Virus record (IMG/VR): IMGVR_UViG_3300007735_000746
Coordinates: 1 to 47,362 of that record
DNA from: a virus
Taxonomy: Duplodnaviria > Caudoviricetes
Strand: one strand, 5' to 3'
DNA length: 47,362 bases
Below, in pieces: positions 36,887 to 44,622 of this stretch (positions are counted from its first letter, which is position 1; each line of letters opens with the position of its first letter). Below the pieces are notes generated by a model. That model saw only the letters and a program-made list of their open reading frames with translations, was not told where the DNA came from and made no database searches. Made by a program: the position numbers and the translations under genes.

Positions 36887-37248
36887 TATGATAATTTAGC
36901 TGCTCTAATTCCTTTGATCGCGGCACCCGTTCCACGGACCATGCCACCTGTTGCCATCTTTTGTGATTTAGATTTACCAGCTTCAGATAATGCAATAGCA
37001 ATTGCTTGTTTAGGATTTTTTACAACTGGACCTTTTTTTCCAGAATGTAATTTACCAGCTTTGAATTCTCTCATGACTTTACCAATTTTCTTTTGAGCTT
37101 TAGTCATACCACCTTTAGCTGATTTAACCATTTTACCAGATTCAGTTTCTTCGTAACCTTCTTCTTCCATTTTATATTCTTTAGCTTCTTCAGCTTTTGA
37201 TTCCATAGACTCGTGTTCTTTAGACATGTCTTTTGCTTTTTTCTTCAT
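36886..37248 (-). CDS. Small protein with KVMREFK.GKLHSG...QAIAIALSEA domain, GG-tagged
   Basis: Widespread phage basic domain flanked by SAKGG and MATGG. Confidence 0.7.
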   Translation of the reverse strand: MKKKAKDMSKEHESMESKAEEAKEYKMEEEGYEETESGKMVKSAKGGMTKAQKKIGKVMREFKAGKLHSGKKGPVVKNPKQAIAIALSEAGKSKSQKMATGGMVRGTGAAIKGIRAAKLS

Positions 37249-37256
37249 AAGGGCTC

Positions 37257-38747
37257 CTAATAATATTTATATTCTTTTGGCACTCGATCCATAGGGTCTT
37301 TCCAATCGGACCCTGTTTCAATAAAGTTACCTTGACGGTATCTTAACACAGCTTGTGTAGTACTATCAACATAGTCATCATACTCTCCATGAGGAAACGC
37401 AGCACATTCCTCAATAACCTCTTCTGCAAAGTGAGCTCCCTCTGGATACCATACGGACCCTGCTTCAAATACAGGCGCACACGCATTTACTCTGGTATGT
37501 TTATCTTTTCCACGAGATGGCATAAAAGGAATTACTGGAATACCCATTCTTCTAAACTCATGGGTCAAAGGCTCACCAGAAGCTTTCGCTTCAATAATAA
37601 CAGATTCAGGTTCCCAATATTTATATTGATCCATTGCAACTGCTTTTAATTCTGGAAAATCATATTTACCTTTCATAGCATCTAACAATATTAAATTAGG
37701 TGCGCCTCCTTCTTCTGGAGTAAATATACCCCACGTAGTAATAGCAGAATAATCGGCAGATTCTTTTGCACTAAATGCAGTATCATAACTTTGTATAACA
37801 TGTTGTAGATGTGGTATTGCTTCTTTCTCCCAAGGTCTCCACCAATCACGTTTTAATATTGCACCTTCTTCTGATGTTGGGTTCTGCATATATTGTGCAG
37901 ACCAGTTACGAACTGGTAATGTTGCTTTAACTCTTTCAAGTTCTTCCAATTGCCAGAACTCTGGCCACAAAGGTTGACCTGATTCTAATATTGCAGGAAA
38001 AGATATTAGTTTCCATTTGTCTGCTTTATTTTCTTTTTGTCCTCTAATTAACATCCCTGTTAAATCGTTCTCGGCCCATCTTGTCATAACAAGAACTATA
38101 GATCCGCCAGGTTGTAAACGTTGTCTGGGTCCTGATGTATACCACTCATAAGTTCGCTCCATAGCTTTCTTAGACAATGAGTCTTGTTCTGTATGTGGAT
38201 CATCTATAATTAATAAATCAGCACCTCGTCCAGTAATCGCTCCACCAACACCCGCAGCAAAATATTCACCGCCATGATTGGTTTCCCATCTACCTTTAGC
38301 CTTAGAATCTTCTCGTAACTTAACATCCCCAAATATTTGTTTGTATTCTTTTGAATCAATTAGATTACGGATCTTCGCTCCGAACCTTGCTGATAATTCA
38401 GCATTATGTGTTACTTGCATTAATTTTAATTTTGGAAACTTACCCATCATCCACGCTGGAAAGAACACGGATGCAAATTCTGATTTGGTATGTCGGGGAG
38501 GCATGTTAACAATAAGGCGCCCCTTTTTCTGATTAGCAATAGAAGTGAACTCTTTAGCCATGATTTGGTGATGGCCCCACTTTGAAGAGTCCTTTTCTTT
38601 ACGCATGATAATATCAGGCCAAACCTCTTGAACAAAATATAGAAAATTATCCTGACAGAGCTGGATATGTTTTATCCATTTCTTTTCTACTTCTTCTCTT
38701 AATCGCTCAGTTGTTAAGAATTCTTTTTCCATGGGTCCTATTTTCAT
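37257..38747 (-). CDS. terL: Terminase large subunit
   Basis: Walker A MPPRHTKS, Walker B LLIIDDP, nuclease SYDTA and DDYVDS; true start may be ATG 38732. Confidence 0.95.
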   Translation of the reverse strand: MKIGPMEKEFLTTERLREEVEKKWIKHIQLCQDNFLYFVQEVWPDIIMRKEKDSSKWGHHQIMAKEFTSIANQKKGRLIVNMPPRHTKSEFASVFFPAWMMGKFPKLKLMQVTHNAELSARFGAKIRNLIDSKEYKQIFGDVKLREDSKAKGRWETNHGGEYFAAGVGGAITGRGADLLIIDDPHTEQDSLSKKAMERTYEWYTSGPRQRLQPGGSIVLVMTRWAENDLTGMLIRGQKENKADKWKLISFPAILESGQPLWPEFWQLEELERVKATLPVRNWSAQYMQNPTSEEGAILKRDWWRPWEKEAIPHLQHVIQSYDTAFSAKESADYSAITTWGIFTPEEGGAPNLILLDAMKGKYDFPELKAVAMDQYKYWEPESVIIEAKASGEPLTHEFRRMGIPVIPFMPSRGKDKHTRVNACAPVFEAGSVWYPEGAHFAEEVIEECAAFPHGEYDDYVDSTTQAVLRYRQGNFIETGSDWKDPMDRVPKEYKYY

Positions 38748-39010
38748 TATACCGTGCTAATTCTGACCTTACTACGTTTATGAATCCTGCTCAAGCTCAT
38801 CTTGCCTGAGCCTTACTAATTCTCGTTTAGGTTGTATTTTTGGAATTTTTTAAAAAGTATAAGGTCAACTGAGTTATGACCCTTAGGACATTGGCTCGCG
38901 TGCCACGCCTCGCGCCTCTATGTTCTTACATGAATATACGTGAAGTTATTGTAAGTGATAATTATGATTATCGGAAGTAATACGCCATGTTCGCACAATG
39001 TCACACAACA

Positions 39011-39385
39011 TCACACAACGCGCTGCACTAAATCAGTTAGTAGGTATTCGATACCTTGCGCGGTATCGGGCGCACACGCTAGCAACCTCGCGCCTATCGG
39101 CTCAAGTCTATAAGTTTTAAGGCCTCCTTGCTTGCCTACTTTAACTAAGTTAAAAACGTGCCCACCGTGTTTTATTAGTTTTAATTGCCACGCGACTTGG
39201 TACTTGCTTAGTCCTAAATTCTTAGCTGTTGTATGCTTAAATTCAATCCAAAAAGAGCGCCCGTTTATCACACAAAAACAGTCCGCAACGCCCGCGCTTG
39301 TGTAGGTCTCAATTCGTTGAAAATAGTAGTTTTTATTTAGGTTTTTAACGCGATTTAAAAAAGTGTTTTCTGGTTTTCTTGACAC
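39011..39385 (-). CDS. VRR-NUC/Holliday junction resolvase-like nuclease
   Basis: RIE...GVAD...FWIEFK...QVAW PD-(D/E)xK pattern; GTG start. Confidence 0.75.
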   Translation of the reverse strand: MSRKPENTFLNRVKNLNKNYYFQRIETYTSAGVADCFCVINGRSFWIEFKHTTAKNLGLSKYQVAWQLKLIKHGGHVFNLVKVGKQGGLKTYRLEPIGARLLACAPDTAQGIEYLLTDLVQRVV

Positions 39386-39419
39386 GCCTTAGAATACAAC
39401 TAAGGCGTGTATAATGCAA
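39382..39419 (-). promoter_or_regulatory. Promoter TTGCAT-17-TATTCT overlapped by 11-bp inverted repeat
   Basis: ACACGCCTTAG(39382-39392)/CTAAGGCGTGT(39400-39410); -10 ends 6 nt before the GTG. Confidence 0.5.
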
Positions 39420-39426
39420 GGTAAGG

Positions 39427-39756
39427 CTAAGCTGTTTTTTGATAGTTTTCTAAATAATCAAAAAAATAAGCGTCCGCAATTTGATAATAGTTTACCGAAC
39501 GAATAGAGGCGCTTAAAACGTCCGAATAAAAGCCGTTTTCTAATTTTGGCGCGTTGTCGTGAGCGTATTCCTCTAAAAATTTTTGTATATAGTGGATAGC
39601 ATCGGAATTCTTATCCATTTTAGAGGCGAATTTAACAACGTTTAAAACCATTTCTTGAGTATTTTGGTCATTATCCAACCACAACTTGAAATTCCAAGTA
39701 TCATAATTAGACCAACCACAATAACTTTCGCTTGTGTTTTTTGGTGTCATTTTCAT
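39427..39756 (-). CDS. Conserved early phage protein
   Basis: Y.GW.NY.TW...LW.DND motif; AAGGA RBS. Confidence 0.7.
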   Translation of the reverse strand: MKMTPKNTSESYCGWSNYDTWNFKLWLDNDQNTQEMVLNVVKFASKMDKNSDAIHYIQKFLEEYAHDNAPKLENGFYSDVLSASIRSVNYYQIADAYFFDYLENYQKTA

Positions 39757-39822
39757 TTTTTTTACGTCCTTAGTTGATTTGTTTATTGTGCGAATTTACG
39801 TGAATATATGTGATTGTCAACT

Positions 39823-39857
39823 AAAAAAATAAAGCGGGTTTTTAAGCCCGCTTTATT
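39823..39857 (-). terminator. Rho-independent terminator after ardC-like gene
   Basis: AATAAAGCGGG/CCCGCTTTATT stem, T-run on minus strand. Confidence 0.75.
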
Positions 39858-39866
39858 GTGTGATAT

Positions 39867-40811
39867 TTATGCAACTTTACGTAGTTGCGCGGGATATTCT
39901 TTTAACTTGCCTTTATTAAGCAAAAATTCGCTTGCGCGGTATGATTGCGAAAGCGCGCTTATTAAAAATTTATTATCATTTTGCAACGCGGATATCCACG
40001 ATTTTAAATAAGCTAAATTATTGCGATTAATCGTTTTTTGTATGTTAAAACGTTGTGACAATAAAACCGCGCCAATTTCGGCAATTAATTCCTCGTGCGC
40101 GTATTCAAGTTGCGCGTTGTCTTTAAAACGTTTTTTGTATTTCTCGAAACGCGCTAGGCGGTTTTTAGCGCCCGTCCAATGTATCAACTCGTGAAATAAA
40201 ACGCTGTAATAATTAACCGTTGCGCTATTATCGGGCGTATCTACAAAGGTTTTTTTGTCACTCATAACGATTTTATCGGCCGTCAAATTATAGTGACAAG
40301 TACCGTCGTTAGTGTGATGTAAATGCAAGCCCTCGATTGAATTAATAAAGTTTTCAATTTCTTGATTATCAATAACTTTACTTTCGGGCAATTCGTTAGG
40401 CACGTGGTAAGTTGAATTTTTTAAATCAACTTGCGCAACGTTATAAACGTAAGAAATTTTTAAAAACGCGAAATTTTTCTCTTCGTTTTTATCATTTTTT
40501 TGTACGTTTTTTTTAAACGTGCTATAGTAAAATATTGCGCGCCCGTTTTTTTCTTGACCCTCTAAGATATTCGCGCCGACACTTAGCCACGCTTTTTTAG
40601 TTGCCCACAAATTAGATTTAAAATCTAATGCGCGTTTTTGGATATTTAAAGACCAAAAATTAATACCGTTATACTCTTTTAAAGTTAACGCGTTTTTTGG
40701 ATATCCATAACCAGAAAACGATTTAAAATATTTTAAACCGTCTTTTTGTAAGCCGTTAACAATTTCATTTTGTAAAACTGTTAACGCGTCCTTAGTATAT
40801 TTACTGAACAT
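39867..40811 (-). CDS. ardC: ArdC-like antirestriction protein (ssDNA-binding + zincin metallopeptidase)
   Basis: Y.GIN...L, W.T.K.W, VYNVAQ, YYSVLFHELIHWTG...RL.R, YAHEELIAEIGA, YLKSW. Confidence 0.85.
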   Translation of the reverse strand: MFSKYTKDALTVLQNEIVNGLQKDGLKYFKSFSGYGYPKNALTLKEYNGINFWSLNIQKRALDFKSNLWATKKAWLSVGANILEGQEKNGRAIFYYSTFKKNVQKNDKNEEKNFAFLKISYVYNVAQVDLKNSTYHVPNELPESKVIDNQEIENFINSIEGLHLHHTNDGTCHYNLTADKIVMSDKKTFVDTPDNSATVNYYSVLFHELIHWTGAKNRLARFEKYKKRFKDNAQLEYAHEELIAEIGAVLLSQRFNIQKTINRNNLAYLKSWISALQNDNKFLISALSQSYRASEFLLNKGKLKEYPAQLRKVA

Positions 40812-40950
40812 AACGTCCTTTCATTTTGTTTATATTAATTTGTAAAATACTTATTAATTAATAGTTGTCAACCATTATTTTAAATTATTTTTATTGACAA
40901 AAATTAAGGCTTAATTTAATCACTCTTTTAAAGAAATTACGTGAATATAT

Positions 40951-41652
40951 ATGAATTATAAACCACAAAAAAAGTTATTAAGTTTTAATAACTTTAAAAT
41001 GCAAAAATCAGTTAAATTTGGATATTTAACGGCAATACTACATTTAGCGCCTTACAACTTAAGCGGGTACAACGTTTGCCCGAAAGCGTCACAAGGGTGC
41101 GCGCTCGCGTGCTTAAATACGGCGGGACGCGGTCAAATGAATTGTGTTCAAAAATCACGAATTAATAAAACTTTATATTTTTTAAAAGACCGCCAAAAAT
41201 TTTTAGAGCATTTATATAAAGAAATAACAACATATGAAAAATTGGCACAAAGTAAAAATTTGAAATTGGCCGTAAGATTAAACGGCACGAGCGATTTACC
41301 GTTCGAACGATACAAATTTAAAGACAATAAAAATTTAATGGAATTATTTCCGAATATTCCATTTTACGATTACACAAAAATATTAAATCGTTTTAATCAA
41401 GTATTGCCAAAAAATTACAGTCTTACGTTTTCTAGGAGCGAAAGCAACGAAAACGAAGTTAAAGAATTAATAACAACTGATAATAATATTGCGGTTGTTT
41501 TTAATAAATTGCCTAAGACATACTTAGGCCGTCGCGTTGTGACGGGAGATGAAAGCGATTTACGTTTTCTTGACCCGAAAAAAACAATAATCGGTTTACT
41601 AGCTAAGGGACGCGCAAAAAAAGACAATAGCGGGTTTACGGTTATTAATTAA
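40951..41652 (+). CDS. GP88-like protein
   Basis: CPKASQGCALACLNTAGRG Cys cluster, VRLNGTSD, FYDYTK, GDESDLRFLD. Confidence 0.75.
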   Translation: MNYKPQKKLLSFNNFKMQKSVKFGYLTAILHLAPYNLSGYNVCPKASQGCALACLNTAGRGQMNCVQKSRINKTLYFLKDRQKFLEHLYKEITTYEKLAQSKNLKLAVRLNGTSDLPFERYKFKDNKNLMELFPNIPFYDYTKILNRFNQVLPKNYSLTFSRSESNENEVKELITTDNNIAVVFNKLPKTYLGRRVVTGDESDLRFLDPKKTIIGLLAKGRAKKDNSGFTVIN

Positions 41653-41666
41653 AAGGACATAAAAAA

Positions 41667-41792
41667 ATGAAAGCCTACACACTTAAAGAAATAAAAAAAG
41701 CGTGGAGTAATGCATATAACGAGGATATAAAAACTGAATACAAGGGTTTTATTACTTTGTTAAAACAATTAAAAAAGGAAGTAAAAAAATGA
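41667..41792 (+). CDS. Small hypothetical (41 aa)
   Basis: Not in track; AAGGA RBS; MKAYTLKEIKKAWSNAYNEDIKTEYKGF... Confidence 0.6.
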   Translation: MKAYTLKEIKKAWSNAYNEDIKTEYKGFITLLKQLKKEVKK

Positions 41793-41959
41793 CTAAGTTA
41801 AATGAGTATACAAGCACAATTACAGTTAGTTTCGCAATTAATAATCACGAGGCTATTTCAAAAGAACATTATATAGAAATTCTTAAATTGCAGTTTAAAG
41901 AGCAATATGGAATTGATTTAATGGATAGCGAAATAACTGAAATAGAAAAAATTAATTAA
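41789..41959 (+). CDS. Small hypothetical (56 aa)
   Basis: Not in track; ATGA-coupled; MTKLNEYTSTITVSFAINNHEAISKEHYIE... Confidence 0.6.
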   Translation: MTKLNEYTSTITVSFAINNHEAISKEHYIEILKLQFKEQYGIDLMDSEITEIEKIN

Positions 41960-41963
41960 CAAT

Positions 41964-42179
41964 AAAGGAGTAAATTAAAATGAGACAGTTAACAAAAAAG
42001 CAGAAAAAAATATTAGATGTTTATAAAAACATTTATAGACTTGAGGACTTACCTAACGGGGTTTTTGAGCAATTAGAAAAAATAAACGATACAGAAATTT
42101 TATGGAGTGAGACAAATAGATATTTGTCAGATAATTACTATAAAAATTTGTATAACAACAAAGGAGTAAATTAAAATGA
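41964..42179 (+). repeat. 20-bp exact direct repeat AAAGGAGTAAATTAAAATGA
   Basis: Copies at 41964-41983 and 42160-42179 flank one gene. Confidence 0.8.
41980..42174 (+). CDS. Hypothetical protein
   Basis: AAGGAG RBS; 64 aa. Confidence 0.65.
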   Translation: MRQLTKKQKKILDVYKNIYRLEDLPNGVFEQLEKINDTEILWSETNRYLSDNYYKNLYNNKGVN

Positions 42180-42436
42180 AAACTAAAAAAATAAATGCAG
42201 TTGAGACGGTGCGCGGATATAAGAATATATCTTTAAAATTAGATACCTATTCAAAGTTATTTGATTTGTCGCAAAAAGTTTTTGGCGTGCCTATAAGTAT
42301 TGCAAAAACAGTTGAGTTTTTAGCAGATAATTACACCAACGGCGCAAGGGTCAATAACCACGTGCCAAGTAATTATAACGTTGTAGTGCCTCAATATTTA
42401 CCAAAACCAATTAAAAAAATAGGGGTTAAAAAATAA
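42176..42436 (+). CDS. Putative ribbon-helix-helix DNA-binding protein
   Basis: YKNISLKLDTYSKL...ISIAKTVEFL strand-helix-helix pattern. Confidence 0.45.
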   Translation: MKTKKINAVETVRGYKNISLKLDTYSKLFDLSQKVFGVPISIAKTVEFLADNYTNGARVNNHVPSNYNVVVPQYLPKPIKKIGVKK

Positions 42437-42774
42437 TGGCGGGACATACGTCAATTAAACATTATTTAAACGAAGATTGGTTATTTAATTTAATAGATAA
42501 ATGTAAGACAGTTGCATGGCAATATAAAGAGGTGGAAAACAGTAGTAATTATTTTAAAAAAATAAGTAATGACGTAGAACTATTGCCGATTGAATACGCT
42601 TGCGATTATAACAAAAAACCAGAATTTTTAAGACAAGTTAATAAAGTTTTTAGTTATAAGTGCGATATAAATGAGCCATTAACTAAAGATTGCGACAATC
42701 TTTTAGTAAGTGATTGCGGTATAGAAATACATTTAGATAAAAATAAAATAGTTGATATTTTTATAGTTGCTTAA
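42436..42774 (+). CDS. Hypothetical protein
   Basis: TAATG-coupled, 112 aa. Confidence 0.55.
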   Translation: MAGHTSIKHYLNEDWLFNLIDKCKTVAWQYKEVENSSNYFKKISNDVELLPIEYACDYNKKPEFLRQVNKVFSYKCDINEPLTKDCDNLLVSDCGIEIHLDKNKIVDIFIVA

Positions 42775-43067
42775 ATCTTTTTAATATCAATTATTACAGC
42801 AGTCGGAATTAAAGTTGTATTGGCAATTTCATCAATTACGCCCGTTTTTTCATCTTTTAAGGCGTAGTCACTAAATACCCGCGCAATACCTTTATTGTGA
42901 CTTAATAAATGTCCCTTTGTTGTGCATATAGGTAATTTTGCATTAGTTAAATCTTCTATAGATTGCCAAGCGCTATCGCTTGTTATGTCATACCATTTAA
43001 TAACTACTAATGGATATTTTTCAATTTCTTTTTTTGCTTTTTTATTAATTAGTTTTCTTTTTATCAT
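42771..43067 (-). CDS. Conserved hypothetical protein downstream of terS
   Basis: LVVIKWYDI...W...TTKG.L...IP motif. Confidence 0.65.
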   Translation of the reverse strand: MIKRKLINKKAKKEIEKYPLVVIKWYDITSDSAWQSIEDLTNAKLPICTTKGHLLSHNKGIARVFSDYALKDEKTGVIDEIANTTLIPTAVIIDIKKI

Positions 43068-43153
43068 TTATTCTAATGGCTACAATTCCAAGTTTCGCGT
43101 TTAAATGGCTATTGTGAACTTTGTTGAAAGCGTCAATAAAGTTTTCCCAAGAA

Positions 43154-43675
43154 CTATTTAATAATTTCTGTTTCAGCTGTGATGTCAATAATCGCTTTGT
43201 TTTCATTTAACTTGTTTTCTAATTCGTCTAATCTTTTTTCAAGTTGCTCGCGTGACATACCCTCTAATCCAATATGAGATACTTCTTTTTTATCAATATA
43301 AAAACCAGATAATTGCCCCATACGAAATTCGCCTTGTATTGCAGAATTAAATTGATTTTTCTCTTCGGCTTTATTTCGTAAACGTTCTAAAGTTTTATAA
43401 GAACGTAATTTATCTTTTTCATATTTTTGTAATTCTTGTGATAATCTTTTTTCTAAATATCTTACAACGTGAGGATTTAATTCTGGGTTTGTTAATTTAC
43501 TCGCGGTTTCATATGGCTTGCGCCCGTCCTTAGTCGTATATCCCGCCTCAATACAAGCGTCCGCCTTTGTTATATTGCCCCAATTTGTCGCTAAAATATC
43601 AACAAATTTTCTTTGTTTAGGTGTTAAATCTATTATGGTTTTTAAAGTATTTCTTTTAGACGGCATAACAATCAT
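43154..43675 (-). CDS. terS: Terminase small subunit
   Basis: LTPKQRKFV...ADACIEAGY...ASKL HTH; SAIQGE..MGQLSG; likely start ATG 43666. Confidence 0.75.
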   Translation of the reverse strand: MIVMPSKRNTLKTIIDLTPKQRKFVDILATNWGNITKADACIEAGYTTKDGRKPYETASKLTNPELNPHVVRYLEKRLSQELQKYEKDKLRSYKTLERLRNKAEEKNQFNSAIQGEFRMGQLSGFYIDKKEVSHIGLEGMSREQLEKRLDELENKLNENKAIIDITAETEIIK

Positions 43676-43683
43676 TTTAACTG

Positions 43684-44107
43684 TTTTCCCTAAAGTAATC
43701 TATATACAAATATTTTTTTAAAAATTTTTTTGCATACATTTGTTTCCGTTTAGTAATCATTTGTTTACTAATTTTGTTGACTAAAAATCAATAAATGGCT
43801 ATTTTATTGACTTTTCCCAGAAATGACAAAAAACTGGGAAAAAATAAGTGTTGATTTTATTGGCTTTTCCCAGTATCTAGGAAAAAACTGGGAATGATTA
43901 AACCATTGATATATATAGATAATTTGGCATTTTTGTCAATTTTTCCTAGTTTTTGACCTAAATCCACACATACTTTTTAAAATTTTTTTGTATACAAACT
44001 ACCTTAGTGGGTACATTTCTGGGAAAATTGGCGTGTTTCCTAGCTTATTTTTTCCGAAAATTCCTAAAATTTCCCAGTTTTAAAAATACATATAAATCAA
44101 TGACTTA
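43684..44107. repeat. Array of TTTCC(C/T)AG repeats in both orientations with two IHF-consensus sites
   Basis: Copies at about 43812, 43834r, 43865, 43877r, 43888r, 43941, 44019r, 44036, 44070; IHF matches 43899-43911 and 44095-44107. Confidence 0.7.
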
Positions 44108-44149
44108 TCCAAGAGCCGTGAGCCGTGTATCGTTTTCCTTGATTTTTGA

Positions 44150-44422
44150 CTAGGGTACTTTTTACAGTACCCTAGACTGACGGGTATTGTTAATAGATGA
44201 ATATTAACAGCACACGATTATTTTATAAAAATTAAAATGTCAAGTGAAACAATACACACGGAACAAGGAACTTGATAAACTAGGGGCAGAATAAACTACC
44301 CCTAGCCAAGAAAGGACGTAAAAATGAATGAACTCAATTTTTACACTCAAATATTATTATTTTTTAATAAAAGTGTCAAGAAATAATTTAATACAACTTA
44401 CACGCTATACTCGTGTAAGTTG
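44150..44422. repeat. Series of four inverted repeats
   Basis: 44150-44175 (10 bp), 44188-44209 (8 bp), 44280-44305 (10 bp, one mismatch), 44394-44422 (11 bp). Confidence 0.7.
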
Positions 44423-44622
44423 CACAACTTAAACGTGTGTGTATTTATGCAACAAAACTGTGTCTTTTATGCAACCTACTAATAGTGGTCAAATTATCCA
44501 CACCCACTAATTGATATAAAATAAATTTTAAAAATCTTTTTTAAAACACAAAATTGCCTTAATTGTGCCACATTTGTCAAGGATAATAGGTATTAAGAAA
44601 AACAAAAAAAAGGAAAATAAAA

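Noticed and set aside
39379-39415. Plus-strand TTGACA...TATAAT promoter
   Set aside because: Spacer is 25 bp and there is no plus-strand gene downstream
43700-44620. tRNA or known riboswitch in the long intergenic region
   Set aside because: No cloverleaf, TTC-loop arm or recognisable Rfam consensus seen by eye
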